The notes below the pieces were generated by a model. It searched no databases and was not told the origin of the DNA. It saw only the letters and a list, made by a program, of their open reading frames with translations. A program made the position numbers and the translations under genes. Below are positions 45,643-60,483 of a stretch of 64,000 nt of DNA, in pieces. Numbering within the stretch: position 1 is the first letter of the stretch; each line of letters starts with the position of its first letter. The DNA comes from Eledone cirrhosa (taxonomy: Eukaryota). The stretch lies in NCBI GenBank assembly GCA_964016885.1, contig OZ024762.1, forward strand, positions 8,308,001 to 8,372,000, written 5' to 3'.

Positions 45643-46157
45643 TAGATAGATAAGATTCTACAGGACTAGAACTGTTTCATTCGAAAAGTTCATAGGCTGA
45701 CCAAGATACTCTCATGGAATGACCAAATGAGGTTTATTTTTCAACATAGCCCCTGGAAAGAAACAATGCAGTTATTAGTAAGATGAGTTGAAATTACTGC
45801 ATACAAGCTCTAGCATCACTCCTTCATAGTTAGCCTATGAACTTTTCTGCTGACCTTCATAATGTTTTTATGTCTGTCTGTTTGTCTCTGTTTATTCTGA
45901 GATATCACAGTCTGTAACTTTGTTATGTTACTAGGTGGTGGGTGGGTGGGTGTGACTTTGTCATGTGATGTTACACACTGTCATAATCTATTTACCATAC
46001 ATGCTACCATGCTATGTTATATGTGGTGTTTATTACTTCACAACCTTCCTACTATCAAGACAGTAAGGGAGTCTCTTTATGGTGAATTGACCTGCTAGAA
46101 ATAGCAGCTGAACGTGTCTGAAAACACACACTTCCATTCTTAAAAGAAAATGAACTG

Positions 46158-46198
<41 letters not shown>

Positions 46199-46366
46199 CT
46201 CCTGGGTTCAATCGGAGGTAACAACAGTAAGTGAAGTACTCAATACAGTAGTAGAGTATATACAAAATTTAATATAGAAATGGCTTCTACAAGACTAGAA
46301 CTATTTTATTCGTAAGAAATCAGGATTTCTTATGAATGAAATGGTTCTAGTCTAGTAGAAGCCATT

Positions 46367-46398
<32 letters not shown>

Positions 46399-46622
46399 GG
46401 CAGAAAATCGGCAGTCATTAAGACGTCGGATAGAATGCTTTATGGTATTCGTCCCACCTCATTGCACGCTCTGAGTTCAAATCCCACTGGAGTCAACTTT
46501 GCCTTTCATCCTTTCGGGGTCGATGAAAAAAGTACTAGTCCAGTACTGGGGTTGATTCTTCCTCAATAGAAAAAAATCGGCTGTGTTCAGACCTGGAGAG
46601 GGTTTGGCTCCACCAGGTTTAA

Positions 46623-47261
46623 CCCTTTAGCATTCAAACCAGCCAGAATTCTCTCACCTCTTTCTGTTCAAACTGGCTGTAACCGGTCCCTCATACTCAC
46701 ATTCAGGTATTGTTCTCAAAATATATAATATCAAAATCTCATAGATTCAATATTATGTGAGATATGTGAGGTAAAGCCTTTACTGTGAAAATACAATAGT
46801 ATATATAGAGTAATGTAGATGTTATGTGAGATATTATGTGAGGTAAAGCCTTTACTGTGAAAATACAGTAGTATATATAGAGTAATGTAGATGTTATGTG
46901 AGATATTATGTGAGGTAAAGCCTTTACTGTGAAAATACAATAGTATATATAGAGTAATGTAGACGTTATGTGAGATATTATGTGAGGTAAAGCCTTTACT
47001 GTGAAAATACAATAGTATATATAGAGTAATGTAAATGTTATGTGAGATATTATGTGAGGTAAAGCCTTTACTGTGAAAATACAATAGTATATATAGAGTA
47101 ATGTAGATGTTATGTGAGATATTATGTGAGGTAAAGCCTTTACTGTGAAAATACAATAGTATATATAGAGTAATGTAGATGTTATGTGAGATATTATGTG
47201 AGGTAAAGCCTTTACTGTGAAAATACAATAGTATATATAGAGTAATGTAAATGCTAAAGGG
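46623..47261. mobile_element. piggyBac-type MITE with internal 72-bp tandem expansion (about 7 copies)
   Basis: TTAA|CCCTTTAGCATT ... AATGCTAAAGGG|TTAA; internal unit repeats with period 72. Confidence 0.8.
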
Positions 47262-47966
47262 TTAAATGTGTCCTAGACACGGCGTATGGCGGTGCCTCTA
47301 TGGCTCCACAAAGAGTTATGGGATCTTTATCCCTTTATCATTATTAATACACACAAGGGTTGGCTGAAAATTTCATAGGCTGACTATGAAAGAGTGGTGT
47401 GCAGTGGAAGTATGCAGTTGAGGGTAGCAGTGTGCAGTGGAGGATAGTATTGCCTGGTTATCTGATCTAGTGACCTTTGACCTATATACATATATGGCAT
47501 GTGAGATGCTCAAAGCTCCTAGCATTTTCTTATCACTTTGTTATTTTTAATAAACCTTTGATACTAATTAGTTAATTAGAATTCAGCAGGTGTAATTGAC
47601 TCAAGAGATAATTAATTGCCGATATCAATATATTTGAAAAATTAAAAAAGCAATTATATATCTATTTGTGTATATATATATCATCATCATCATCGTTTAA
47701 CGTCCATCTTCCACGCTAATGTATATATATGTATATATATATATATGTGTATACATATATGTATATATATATGTATGTATCTAACTCTCTATTTACCTGT
47801 CTATCCTTCTGTCTTTCTCTCTCTATCTATCTATCTATTTATCTATAGCTGTCTTCTATTTTACTCTCTCTGTTTACCTGTCTATCTCTCTGTCTATCTA
47901 TAGCTCCCTTCTGTTTTACTGTCTCTATTTGTCTGTTGCTCTCTATCTCTCCGTCTCTGTCAACAG

Positions 47967-48092
47967 GATCCAGTTTGGGTCTCCACTGGCCAAGAACCAG
48001 TTGTTGCAGAAGAAAATGGCTGACATGTTGACAGAGATTACTCTAGGACTCCAGGCTGCCATTCAAGTGGGTCGATTAAAAGACGAAGGAAA
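47967..48092 (+). CDS. GCDH: GCDH coding exon 9
   Basis: caacag|, [41 protein letters not shown](K), donor AA|GTAAGT. Confidence 0.95.
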
Positions 48093-49593
48093 GTAAGTGG
48101 TCACCTCTTAACGATTTCATTATTTCTATATTTCTAATTAAATACACTGACTGTGATTTTCAAAGCATTGCCACAATAAAAAGCACCCAGTCCACACTGT
48201 AAAGTGGTCATGTAGGTGCCACAACAAAAAGCACCCAGTCCACACTATAAAGTGGTCATGTAGGTGCCACAACAAAAAGCACCCAGTCCACACTGTATAT
48301 ATATATATATATATCATCATCATCATCATCATCATCATCATTTTACGTCCACTTTTTCCCTGCTTGCAAGGGTGGGATGGGAACTGATTCTGGCTTGCTT
48401 TCTACAGCTGGATGCCCTTCCTAACACCAACCTCATTTACAGTGAGTGCTGGGTGCTTTTTTGCTGTGGCACCTCCACGACCACTTTGCAGTGGAAAGAT
48501 AGGGAACCCAGTCCTATCATCTCATTTCTACAGCTGAGTAAACTGGAGCAATGTGAAATAAAGTGTTTTGCTCAAGGAAACAACACATCACCCGGTCTGA
48601 GAATTGAACTCACAACCGTTCGATTGCAAGGCCAATGCTCTAACCACTAAGCCATGCGCCTTCATACACACACACATATATATATACACACACACATACA
48701 AATATATACAAATAAAATATAGAGTTATTAACTCATATTGATACCCTGAAATGAGTTATTAACTCATATTGTTACCCTGTAACATGCTGTATGTTTCAGT
48801 TTAAATTATATATAACATTTGTGGTGAAATCTACCCACGTAATTTTAGATGCAGAATTTACTGTTTACTTCTACACATTAATTATATATATACATACATA
48901 CATATATATATACATACATGGTGGCTGCCAACTCGTTTTCGAGTACGGCCACTACTTTATATCCATGTAGGAGAGCCCCTACCGATGCGCTGAACGAGTG
49001 TGACTTTTTAGTCCAGCCAGCGACTTGAAAACTCTGGTACAAACACTACACTTGTGACAATTATTGACACATAGTGCTGGGCCCATGGTACCATGTGACG
49101 ACAAGTGCAGAGAGATCTCCAGATATAAAGCAATGCCTGTGCCGTGAAGCTTTTATAGTGAGCAAAGGCACAGCACAAAGCCAGTCCCACTCTCTTAACC
49201 AAGATGATATTTACCAAAAAGAAGAACAAGTCAACATCATTGGATACCATCAGAGTTGCAGGTGTTATATCAGAGTTTTCCTTCTCCTAGAATTTTGCCT
49301 TGACAAAGGCTAAGGAGTCATCTCTCCCGGTGATTTTGGATGGCCATTGACTCTTAAGAGCTCCTTTTCCTTTTGACAGGTTTTGTTTTTAGTCCTGCAG
49401 GATGTCCAAAGTCACCCTCCTCACCAAGAAACATTGGTGGGGTTGCCAGTTTAGTCGCCAACGACCCGACCATGAGACAGGTTGTACTGGGATACATGTT
49501 ACCAGTAGCACCAACTGGTGACCTGACATAATATACATACATACATACATATATACATACACACACACATATAAGGTATGTTGACTATTTCAG

Positions 49594-49754
49594 AGTGACA
49601 CCAGAAATGATATCCCTGATTAAACGGAACAACTGTGGCAAGGCTCTAGACATAGCACGTGTGGCCAGGGACATGCTCGGTGGTAATGGTATCAGTGATG
49701 AATACCATGTTATACGACATGTCATGAACCTTGAAGCGGTCAACACATACGAAG
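49594..49754 (+). CDS. GCDH: GCDH coding exon 10
   Basis: tttcag|, [53 protein letters not shown]; contains the catalytic Glu of TYEGT; donor G|GTAAGT. Confidence 0.96.
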
Positions 49755-50340
49755 GTAAGTTATTGCTGTTGTTGTTATTTAGTGGTTACCCCTGACTCAA
49801 CTCAACTCGGGATCAACGCACATATATATGTGTGTATGGAGACACATGGCTTAGTGGTTAGAGCATTGGCCTTGCAATCGAAAGGTTGTGAGTTCAATTC
49901 TCAGACCGGGTGATGTGTTGTTTCCTTGAGCAAGACACTTTATTTCACATTGCTCCAGTTTACTCAGCTGTAGAAATGAGATGATAGGGACGTGAATCCT
50001 CTCTTCGATCATGGATTACCACAGGCTTACATATTACGTAAGCTGGAAGGATGATTTCGGATTCATAGAAACCTATCAAACGTATTGCAAAATATCGTTC
50101 GATATGTCCAGGTCAGTTGTCTAACCTGATTAGTTTCTTCGTTGTTTTTGGTATTGTGCGGCTAGGTCTGCCTGCCGCAATTTGTCAAGCTGTCTAAACG
50201 TATGTTATTACTCTAAGGCCCTACCTTATTGAGTGCTTTGCTGCTCATTCCTAAATGTAGGTCGTTAGCTTGGCCACAGCCAAAGCTTCGATTTTACTAA
50301 GCTTCCACTTATATATACATATATATATACATATATATCG

Positions 50341-51120
50341 GTGTGTAGGAAAGGCGTAGGTAGAAACTCCATTTTATGTCCTAAATGCAAAGTATGGGTG
50401 CATAAAAGATGTAGTGGGATCACAGGTAAGCTAACTAAGAACATAGATTTTACATGTGGCCGGTGCTCTGGTGCAATAAGTAGCAGCAAGTGCCCACAAA
50501 CTACTAGCTCTTTCAATTGCGCATAGGGTTCTATAGAAATAGTGGACAGCTTCCGTTACCTGGGCGATAAAATCAGCAGTGGGGGAGGGTGCTCTGAAAG
50601 TACTGTAGCTAGAGTCAGAACTGGTTGGAAAAAGTTCAGAGAGCTTATACCACTATTAGCTGCTAAAGGGTTCTCACTAAAAATGAAAGGCAGGTTGTAC
50701 GATGCCTGCATACGAACAGCAATGCTGCATGGCAGTGAGACCTGGGCATTGTGTGCAGAGGATATACGCAGACTAGAGAGGAACGAAGCTTGCATGCTCC
50801 GCTGGATGTGTAACAGTAATATACGTGAACGGCAAAGCATAAACGAACTAAGGAAAAAATTAGAGATAAGAGGGATCAGATGTTGTTTACTCGAGAGAAG
50901 GCTACGTTGGTATGGACACGTGATGCGCATGAAAGTCGATAGCTGTATAACAAAGTGCAGGGCAATAAAGATAGACGGTAGTCACGGAATAGGCAGACCT
51001 AGAAAAACCTGGGACGAGCTGATAAACTCCGACATCACACACTTACACCTCTCCAAGACAATGTCACTGGACCGAGACCTTTGGCGGTACTCAGTAACAG
51101 AGAAGACCCGCCTTACCTAA
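50341..51120 (+). mobile_element. 5'-truncated RTE-clade LINE (RT C-terminus with PHD-like Cys/His insert), one in-frame stop
   Basis: CRKGVGRNSILCPKCKVWVHKRCSG...CGRC then DSFRYLGD...LHGSETW...RRLRWYGHVMRM...GRPRKTW, all in one frame with TAG at 50524-50526. Confidence 0.85.
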
Positions 51121-51549
51121 ATATATAGTAAAACCTACTCCAGCCAGTAGGCATCTCTAACAAAATACACCCCGTCCCACCACCACCACCCCCACCCGAT
51201 CCACACCACCCCGTTCTATGTAAAGTTATGTTGGTGCCGCGCCATCGAGGCCGAAACAAATGAGATCGTGTAGGTGTCACGACAAAAAAACACACAGTCC
51301 ACGCTGTAATGTGGCCGTGTAGGCAACACGGTAAAAACCTCCCAGACCCACACTGTAAATGTGGTTGGTGTTAGGAAGGGCATCCAACTGTAGAAAACCT
51401 GCCAGACAGTCCTATGCGAGCAAGACAATCACTCTTGCCTCAAGTGGGACTACCCCCGTCCAAACCCATGCAAGCGTGGAACACGGACGTTAAACGTTGA
51501 TGATGATGATGATGATGATGATATATATATATTTATTTAGTATAGAAGA

Positions 51550-51600
51550 GGCTTCTACAGGACTAGAACTGTTTCATTCGGGAGAAATCATCAGGAAGCC
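51550..51600 (-). ncRNA. Type I hammerhead ribozyme motif
   Basis: Minus strand: ggcttc-CUGAUGA-tttctcccgaat-GAAAC-agttctagtcct-GUA-gaagcc; perfect 6-bp stem I. Partial copies of the same family at about 16720, 36404, 45655, 46279 and 55930. Confidence 0.72.
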
Positions 51601-51612
51601 CTGATATATATA

Positions 51613-51649
<37 letters not shown>

Positions 51650-51977
51650 CACTGATTAAGTACTGACTTTGTCTGTGATGATCTGTCCCACTCTTGCAAG
51701 GTGGAAAAATGGACATTAAATGATAATATCAATTTCTTTCTCTCACACACTGTGTGTGTGTGTGTGTGTGTGTGTGTATCGACCCTCGAGGAAACAATGT
51801 TTCCATTGGTCTTTCTAATTGCTAATACTATCTGTCAGTCACAACTCCAGGTAGAAGGAGGAATGTGAAATAAAGAGTCTTGCTCAAGGACATAATGCAT
51901 TGTCCGGTCCACCAGGAATTGAACTCACAACCTCACGATTATGAATCCAATTCTCTAACCACTCAGCCACACAGGTG

Positions 51978-52032
<55 letters not shown>

Positions 52033-52381
52033 TAGGTGTTTAACCACAGTTACAGGCAACGTGCCTTTCAAAACACTCAATGCTGTCACGAGGTCTGTCT
52101 CATCAGGGTTGTATTCCAGAGTTAAAGTGTAGTGTACAGAGTGTAAATAAAGTAAGTAGAATTGAAGTCAGTGTTGCAGCATATGTACAAACTTTAATGG
52201 CATATTGCAATTGTTTTGATATCCATCAGCTCAGGGTACAATCAAGGTGACGGGACCTGACTCTTTTATATATATATATATATACCCATGTCTGTCTCTT
52301 TTCTTCATGGCAGAGTTTGTTTAACACTTGTTAAAGCTTCATCACTAAAGTCATATTTGCCTCTTTAAATCTTCTCTTTGA

Positions 52382-52480
<99 letters not shown>

Positions 52481-52772
52481 GCAACACTCTCCCAGACAAC
52501 TACTACCACAAACACCCCCTGTCACCAGCGCACTGCTAATGCCACCATGGAAAAAACACAGAACTCTTTTTTTTTTTTTCTTCTATCAAATCTGTTGTGT
52601 TTAGTGAACAGAGGAAAAAAGATTGGAAAAGACTGAGAAAAGAAATAGAAAAATGCGGGACAATCTACTTAGTTATGCTATTTTTGTAGCAAAGCACTTT
52701 TATTTAACATATAAATATCTCGCATATTATATAATGTCCGTGTATTCACAAGAATAAGGTTTACAGATACAA

Positions 52773-52778
52773 AATAAA
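52773..52778 (+). promoter_or_regulatory. Candidate GCDH polyadenylation signal
   Basis: AATAAA about 290 nt after the stop, followed by a GT/T-rich downstream element (gtagtgtgtttgttatatttttt). Confidence 0.6.
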
Positions 52779-55488
52779 ATATTCAAAACTTCAATTTGTA
52801 GTGTGTTTGTTATATTTTTTTATTTGGTTGTCATTTTTACAAAGTTGATTCAGGTTTGTATATGTGTGGTTTGAGGGAGCTTTGAACTGCTGTTTCTAGC
52901 ATATGAAGCATCTACATTGAGGCTGTCTTCTTGTTTGGTTCTAGAAATGATTGGCTGTATTGTGTGTTCTTGAGCAAAACACTTCATTTCACGTTGCTCC
53001 AGTATACTCAGCTGAAAACTAGTACCAGCAATAGCTGGAGGTTTAACCCTGCGATGGACTGGCAGCCTGTCCAGGGGAAGTCTTATACTTTCAGTTGCTT
53101 ACACTACAAATCTAGGATTCACACTGGCCAAATGAGCCTCCTTGTTTAAGACAGACTTTAAACTTAGACTTTAGACTATGAAGAACAAATTCTATAAACT
53201 AATTGTCCATTCACAGAATTTATGTAGTGACTTTTAACCTTTAACCTTTCCATAACTATATTGCTAAAGAAACACACTACTAATATATTTAACCCTTTCA
53301 TTACTATATTTCTATAGAAATACACTATCATATATTTAACCCTTCCATTACTATATTTCTACAGAAATACACTACTAATATGTTTAACCCTTTCATTACT
53401 ATATTTCTACAGAAATAAACTATCAATTTATTTAACCCTTCCATTACTATATTTCTAAAGAAATACACTACTTATGGGTTCAACCCAGAGGTTCTCAAAG
53501 TGGATGCTGAGAAGGTACAGGGGGTGCTGGCACCTAGGGGGGCAGTAGAGATGATATAATAGTATATTAAAATCAAATGATATATATTATAGATATAGAA
53601 AAATAAAAAAAATATATAATTATTATTCTATTCATTTGATATTATAGTCTAATCATCTAAGATGTCTTCATTGATATATAAACTTGGCAGTGTACTGAGT
53701 GTACTCCATTGTGGCATCAGCACTAGGGAGACTGTCTGTCATCCACTCCATTGAAAATCCCTCTTTTCTCTATGTGGAGGGTGGGAAGAGGATGGAGGAA
53801 GGTAGGAAGAATAATAAGTGGCGGTGTAGGGGGAAGGCAACAGTATAATGTTTTATGAGATGATAAATAAATAGTTAAGTGTATATGACAGGTGAGGTTG
53901 AGTTCAAAGGAGGAAGATCCCCCCCCCCCCCCAATGAAAAATAATTCCACCAGTCCCACCACTCAGACAAAAGGGTTTTAAACAGGTTTTGACAGATCAA
54001 AGCTGACCTGTTAAAACCTGTTTGAGGTCAGTGGAAGAAGACCTGTCTGACACAGATCTGACCTAGGAACAATCTCACAAAGGATTTGTGACCATATTGT
54101 GTAAAGATCTTTTGTCGCCGTTCACTTCTTCAAAGAGAGAAAGAGGAACTGGCAAATTAATATTACATTTTGAAGGAGGAAATAATTGATTAAATTAACA
54201 CCGATATTTGATTGGAACAGCTTTTATCGATCTTGGAACAATGGATGCAAGAGAGAAATAAACGCCTGTTGGATTTAAAGTCAGAATATAAAATAAAAGG
54301 AGACAAAAATAATGTTTTCTAATTTAGATTAGACACAAAGCCAGCAATTTTGGTGAGAGGGAAAGGCAATTAAATAGACTCTAGTACTTGACTGGTACTT
54401 TATCTTATCGACCCTGGGAGGATCAAGGACAAAGTTGACCTCAGCGTGATTTAAACTCAGCACGTTAAGAGCCGGGGGAAATACCACAAAGAATTTATTC
54501 AACGCTCTAATGACTCTGCCAGCCCATCGTCTTAGAATACAAAAATAACAAATGCTGCACCAACAGCAAATTTCAGTTTCTGGCAATGTGACCGCAATAA
54601 AAAGAAGTGGGGACATTTTTCTAGGGCAGCACCGTTAATTAGATCACATGACATGTCAGCTGATACAGGCCTGTTTGTATACATACACACATATTTATAT
54701 AATATATGTATATATACTGCGGTTATATACACCCGTATAGTTTTTATAAAACACTAGTTTTATATAACTTAGATCTTCCTCATAATTATCACTCGCTGTT
54801 TATTTGTCTTCCTTGTAATTATCCATATATATAATACACTAATTAATATATATATATATATATGTAAACATTATATCTATATATTTATATACAGTGGTAT
54901 GTTGTAAGCATCATCGTGTCTAGAGGCGCCTCACATAAACACACACTCACTGACATATATAAAGCACTGTTCTAACTTTAATTTAATTAATCGCCGTAAT
55001 TATCTTTCCTGTATATATTCTCTCTTCCTCCTCCTATCTCTCTTGCTGTTATATTTGTTTTTAGCCACGATCACACTTTCCAACGTAAACATCGTTAACC
55101 CCCGCCTCTCTATCTATCTATCTATCTATATTATTATACCTCTCACTACCTCCCTTGTATACCAGCTATATATATATATATACACACACATCTCTATCTC
55201 TTCCCCTATCTTTGTATATATATATATAAATATATACACACACACACACATACCGCCACCCTTTCTCTACCTCTCACCACCACAGCTCTTCTATACCAGC
55301 TATATACTTCTGTATCTCTTCGCCTCCCCTTCATACAGACAGTCACTCTCTCTACCTCTCACCACTACATCTCTTGGATACCAACTATATATATATATAA
55401 AGATTTATCTCCCTATCGCCCCCTGTCTCTGTTCCTTTCTCTGCTGTGTCTCACATCACACAACCTCTCTGGGTAAGGTAACAACAAG

Positions 55489-55657
55489 ATGTCTTCAGGA
55501 TCAGTAGACGAAACAACTTCTCTCATCCGACATTCCGAAGAAAAACATGAAGAAGACGAGGAAGAATTATCCGGGTGTGGGGCCAGCTTACCATGTAACC
55601 CCCGTCGGAACTTACATCGATATCTCATTCTTTTTATTATGTGTTTCCTTAGTTTTG
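55489..55657 (+). CDS. MFSD1: Lysosomal MFS transporter MFSD1, coding exon 1
   Basis: MSSGSVDETTSLIRHSEEKHEEDEEELSGCGASLPCNPRRNLHRYLILFIMCFLSF(G); N-terminal ExxxLI dileucine lysosomal signal; donor G|GTAAGT. Confidence 0.88.
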
Positions 55658-58600
55658 GTAAGTTTCACTTTGTGTATTATTGGCTATCATTGACGATAGA
55701 TCTCGTTTAAAGAAGAAAATGAAAGTATCCCGTTCGATTTACAGTATTCACACACATAGAGTACAGACATACACACACATAGAGGACAGACATACACACA
55801 CACACACAGCACAGACTCACACATACATATATGTAAGTAGAATCGGTCATTCTGCAATGTATATATATATATAGAGAGAGATCGGATCTAGCTGTCGAAT
55901 CTTTTCATATTCATATATATGATTACTTCTGAATGAAACAGTCCTGTAGAAGCCATTTCTATATTAAATATTACACACACACACACACACACAAGCTGAC
56001 GAACGGACCCCAACTTTATCGAACTCTAATCCTAACATGCAATGAATTGGACGAGATATTTTCATTTTCTTCATACAAGATCTTTTGTCAATGTTAACTG
56101 TTTATGTTTTGTTTTTAAATTCCAATGTTTCTCCATCATCACCACTATCATCATCATCATCACCACCACCACTATCATCATCATCACAAAAGCAACTAAA
56201 CTACCTTTACCACAACCACATTAGAAATTTCAGCCAAATCTTTCTGAAATTCCACACCTCGAAGTCTTTAAAAATGTAGTTTGGATAAAAAAAAAACAAC
56301 AACAACCCAAAATAGAAAACAGGTTGAGTGATTACGGCTGGAAAACTTTTTGATCAACAGGTTTGTTTGGTCACGGTTGAGTTGGGAGCTAAAAAAAGGA
56401 ACTACATAGCATGGTAGTAAGGAACTCTAGAGAAAGCTGGACAGTAGAAGGTCTGCACAGAAAAAGAACTCGCCTTAACCAAGTATTTTGGCCATAACTC
56501 AATCACAACTACCACGATCAATTACATAGAAAGCACCAATATTAACAGGAACAAACTTTTCGAACCTCAATAATTGCATCTGTAACTGAATTCTTCTATG
56601 TTTTACCTGGCAGAAATTTGAAATCGAATCTAAAAATGCTCGCCTCTAAAACCACCTATTGTTAGGTGTTCTCACCATTGTCCTGTCAAAAGACAACTAT
56701 GATAAATGTTGTATACCACTTAACCTATGACCCCAGACAGTGTTTGGGGTCGTTACATATCAAACGGAATTTCGTTTATAAATGGGAAAAAATATTAGTA
56801 GAGGGTCGGACACCATGCTTTGCAGCACAGTGTTACGACCCTTTACGGTCTCAGTTCAAATCCCGTCGAGGTTAGCTTTGCTTTTCATCGTTACGGGGTC
56901 GATAAAATAAAGAACCAGTAATGCACTGGGATAATTGCTGGCCTTGTGCCAAATATATAGAAGGGTGGTAGATTGACAGAGACAGTAGAGCGTCGGAACA
57001 AGTGCTAAATGCTTGGGGACATCTAGTAACGACTCATAACTTTCTGAGATCTAAACCTTCCCCACCACCGAGCCGGATTTGGGTATTTTATTAACAATAA
57101 ATTTCCATTTGAACTTCGTCCGGTTCACTGGATTCATTCTACATTCTCGTACATTTGGCTAGTTTTTTTTTTAAATTTGAAAACGAATTTCTTTATATAT
57201 AAAATAGAAATAGAAACTTTCGCCGTATTTTTGACTAAAGAAATTTTAGCCTGATAGAGGGGTTTAGAACCCTCAATGGTAGCACAGTGCTTTAGATGAC
57301 TAAAGATGTGGGTTCGACTCCAATGTACGTCAATACACATTTTTTTCCATTTCTTGAATCAAGTGTCTGGGATCGTTACATATCAAACGGAATTTCGTTT
57401 ATAAATGGGAAAAAATATTAGTCATAATATCTTCTGTGTCGAGGTCTTTTCCAGGCATATGCTCGCCGGTCACCGAACTGAATAGCTCGTCTGACCGCCT
57501 TGCATATCAAATGATATCTACATCTGTGGATTTTATCTGAAGACAACATGTTTTGACTTATGTTATACATAAGCCATACATCTTCGAAATACGTATAATA
57601 AAATTAATAGGGGTGGAACTAAAGTAACTGTCTTTTGTTTATTATGCAGCACAGAGTTACGGCCCTTTACGTTCTGAGTTAAGGTTAGCGTTGAACTTTG
57701 TCTTTCATCCTTAAGGGGTCGATAAAATAAAGTACCAGTAATGCACTGGAGTAATTGCTGGCCTTGTGCCAAAAGTAGAAACAATTGTTATTATAACAAA
57801 ACTCCGGATAAACATATATCGTTGAATGCTTGACATCCGTTATATAAAAGTCGGTGGTGGGAGAGGATTAGATCTCAGAAAGTAATGAGTCGTTACTAGA
57901 TGTCCCCAAGCATTTAGCACTTGTTCCGACGCTCTACTGTCTCTATTAATCTACCACCCTTCTATATATTTGGCACAAGGCCAGCAATTATCTCAGTGCA
58001 TTACTGGTACTTTATTTTATCGACCTCGTAAGGATGAAAGGCAAAGCTAACCTCGACGGGATTGGAACTGAGACCGCAAAGGGCCGTAACTCTGTGCTGC
58101 AAAGCATGGTGTCCGACCCTCTACCGATACTGCCAATCCACCACCCTTATAACTACAATATAACTACAATAATGATAACAAAAGCATAGTTAGAACATCT
58201 GTTATAAAGATTGCTCCAAAATCGAAAGGTCATTCCCGCCTATTGTATTGTTGTGTCAAAGTCTTTCCCCGTCTATTTATCTGTTTATTTGGTTCATTTA
58301 CATGTTTATCTCCTTCTCTCATCCTTGTGTCATTTACAAACTTGTGATAAACGAAACAACAAGCACTCAGCTAGAAATAGCAGCCAGATCTCCCATAAAT
58401 AATATCCTGCTATCTTTATATCAAAATATGAAATAAATAAAAAAAAATGAAATTTATGCAGTGCTGGTTTTACTGTTGTGCTTAAGCCCGGAGGGCCCAT
58501 CTTCCTGGAAAAAAAGTTTTTATGATGAATTTTTCAAATGATTTTCAAATGTCAAACGGGCCTCATAACTTAACTAGCACAGGGTCTCGTTTGTCCTACA

Positions 58601-59091
58601 CCCGGCACTGACTATATGTACTGTGTGTCCCGTCTCTGTGTGTATTGGGTTTAGAAGTAGTCACAAGATCCCTGTGTGTCGTATGAGATAACTAAAATGC
58701 TTGAAGCCAAGTAGGGCATCCGGCTGTAACACGTTGCCTCAAAAGAGGACCCCATGGTAAGTTAAATATGAAATCTAACATGCAGCATCACAAGGCTTAA
58801 TCCATGGCAGTATCGGTAGAGGGTCGGACGCCATGCTTTGACGCATAGAGTTACGGCCCTTGCCATTCTGAGTTCAAATCCCGCCGAGGTTAACTTTGCC
58901 TTTCATCTTTATGGGGTCGATAAAATAAAGTACCAGTAATGGACTGGGTAATTGCTGGCCTTGTGCCAAAAGTAGAAACAATTGTGTAAAATCTCACTCA
59001 TTTCTACCGGTTTTGGGGGACACTTCATGGTACTCTTCGTTTGGGTTTTAAGAGGTTGAAGGGGTCTGTTACTGTAGTTGTATATTTAGAG

Positions 59092-60483
59092 CTGGGGCGT
59101 GAAACAGGCGGTCCGCGGGCCACAATCCGGCCCGCCAGACCAGTTAGAGAGGCCCGCGATGACCGTTTTTAATTTTTACCTTGTAGGCTTATTTAGAATT
59201 TTCGTAACCGTAATACAGTTTTCTATTAGTTGACCTATACTAAAGGGCTTCACTGATAGGGTTATGTGTTATAATTTCCCAGTTCCAGGTTATGGAAAGA
59301 ACTTGTGGTGAATCTTTGGAATAGTGCTTAATAAATATCAATGGCCCTAATAGTTCTGATAGGGTTATGTGGGTTATAATTTCCCAGTTCCATGTTATGG
59401 AAAGAAGTTGTGGTGAATCTTTGGAATAGTGCTTAATAAGTATTAATGACCCTAATAGTTGTTCTGATAGGGTTATGTGGGTTATAATTTCCCAGTTCCA
59501 TGTTATGGAAAGAAGTTGTGGTGAATCTTTGGAATAGTGCTTAATAAGTATTAATGACCCTAATAGTTGTTCTGATAGGGTTATGTGGGTTATAATTTCC
59601 CAGTTCCATGTTATGGAAAGAACTTGTGGTGAATCTTTGGAATAGTGCTTAATAAATATCAATGGCCCTAATAGTTGTTCTGATAGGGTTATGTGGGTTA
59701 TAATTTCCCAGTTCCATGTTATGGAAAGAAGTTGTGGTGAATCTTTGGAATAGTGCTTAATAAATATCAATGGCCCTAATAGTTGTTCTGATAGGGTTAT
59801 GTGGGTTATAATTTCCCAGTTCCATGTTATGGAAAGAAGTTGTGGTGAATCTTTGGAATAGTGCTTAATAAATATCAATGGCCCTAATAGTTGTTCTGAT
59901 AGGGTTATGTGGGTTATAATTTCCCAGTTCCATGTTATGGAAAGAAGTTGTGGTGAAACTTTGGAATAGTGCTTAATAAATATCAATGGCCCTAATAGTT
60001 GTTCTGATAGGGTTATGTGGGTTATAATTTCCCAGTTCCATGTTATGGAAAGAACTTGTGGTGAATCTTTGGAAGAGTGCTTAATAAGTATTAATGACCC
60101 TAATAGTTGTTCTGATAGGGTTATGTGGGTTATAATTTCCCAGTTCCATGTTATGGAAAGAACTTGTGGTGAATCTTTGGAATAGTGCTTAATAAGTATT
60201 AATGGCCCTAATAGTTGTTCTGATAGGGTTATGTGGGTTATAATTTCCCAGTTCCATGTTATGGAAAGAACTTGTGGTGAATCTTTGGAATAGTGCTTAA
60301 TAAGTATTAATGACCCTAATAGTTGTTCTGATAGGGTTATGTGGGTTATAATTTCCCAGTTCCATGTTATGGAAAGAAGTTGTGGTGAATCTTTGGAATA
60401 GTGCTTAATAAATATCAATGGCCCTAATAGTTGTTCCAATGTTCAAAAGTGGCCCCGCCAATGGAATATGTTGCACATCCCTG
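59092..60483 (-). mobile_element. hAT-type element with internal 108-bp tandem array (about 11 copies)
   Basis: Perfect 8-bp TSD ATTTAGAG (59084-59091 and 60484-60491); homologous to 1376-1690 in reverse orientation; array at about 59256-60436. Confidence 0.85.

Noticed and set aside
52060-52115. Possible minus-strand hammerhead (CUGAUGA...GAAA)
   Set aside because: The cleavage triplet would be CUG and stem I does not close; at best a decayed relic
59240-60439. 399-aa ORF with 36-aa repeats
   Set aside because: 108-bp array inside a non-autonomous hAT element; no transposase motifs
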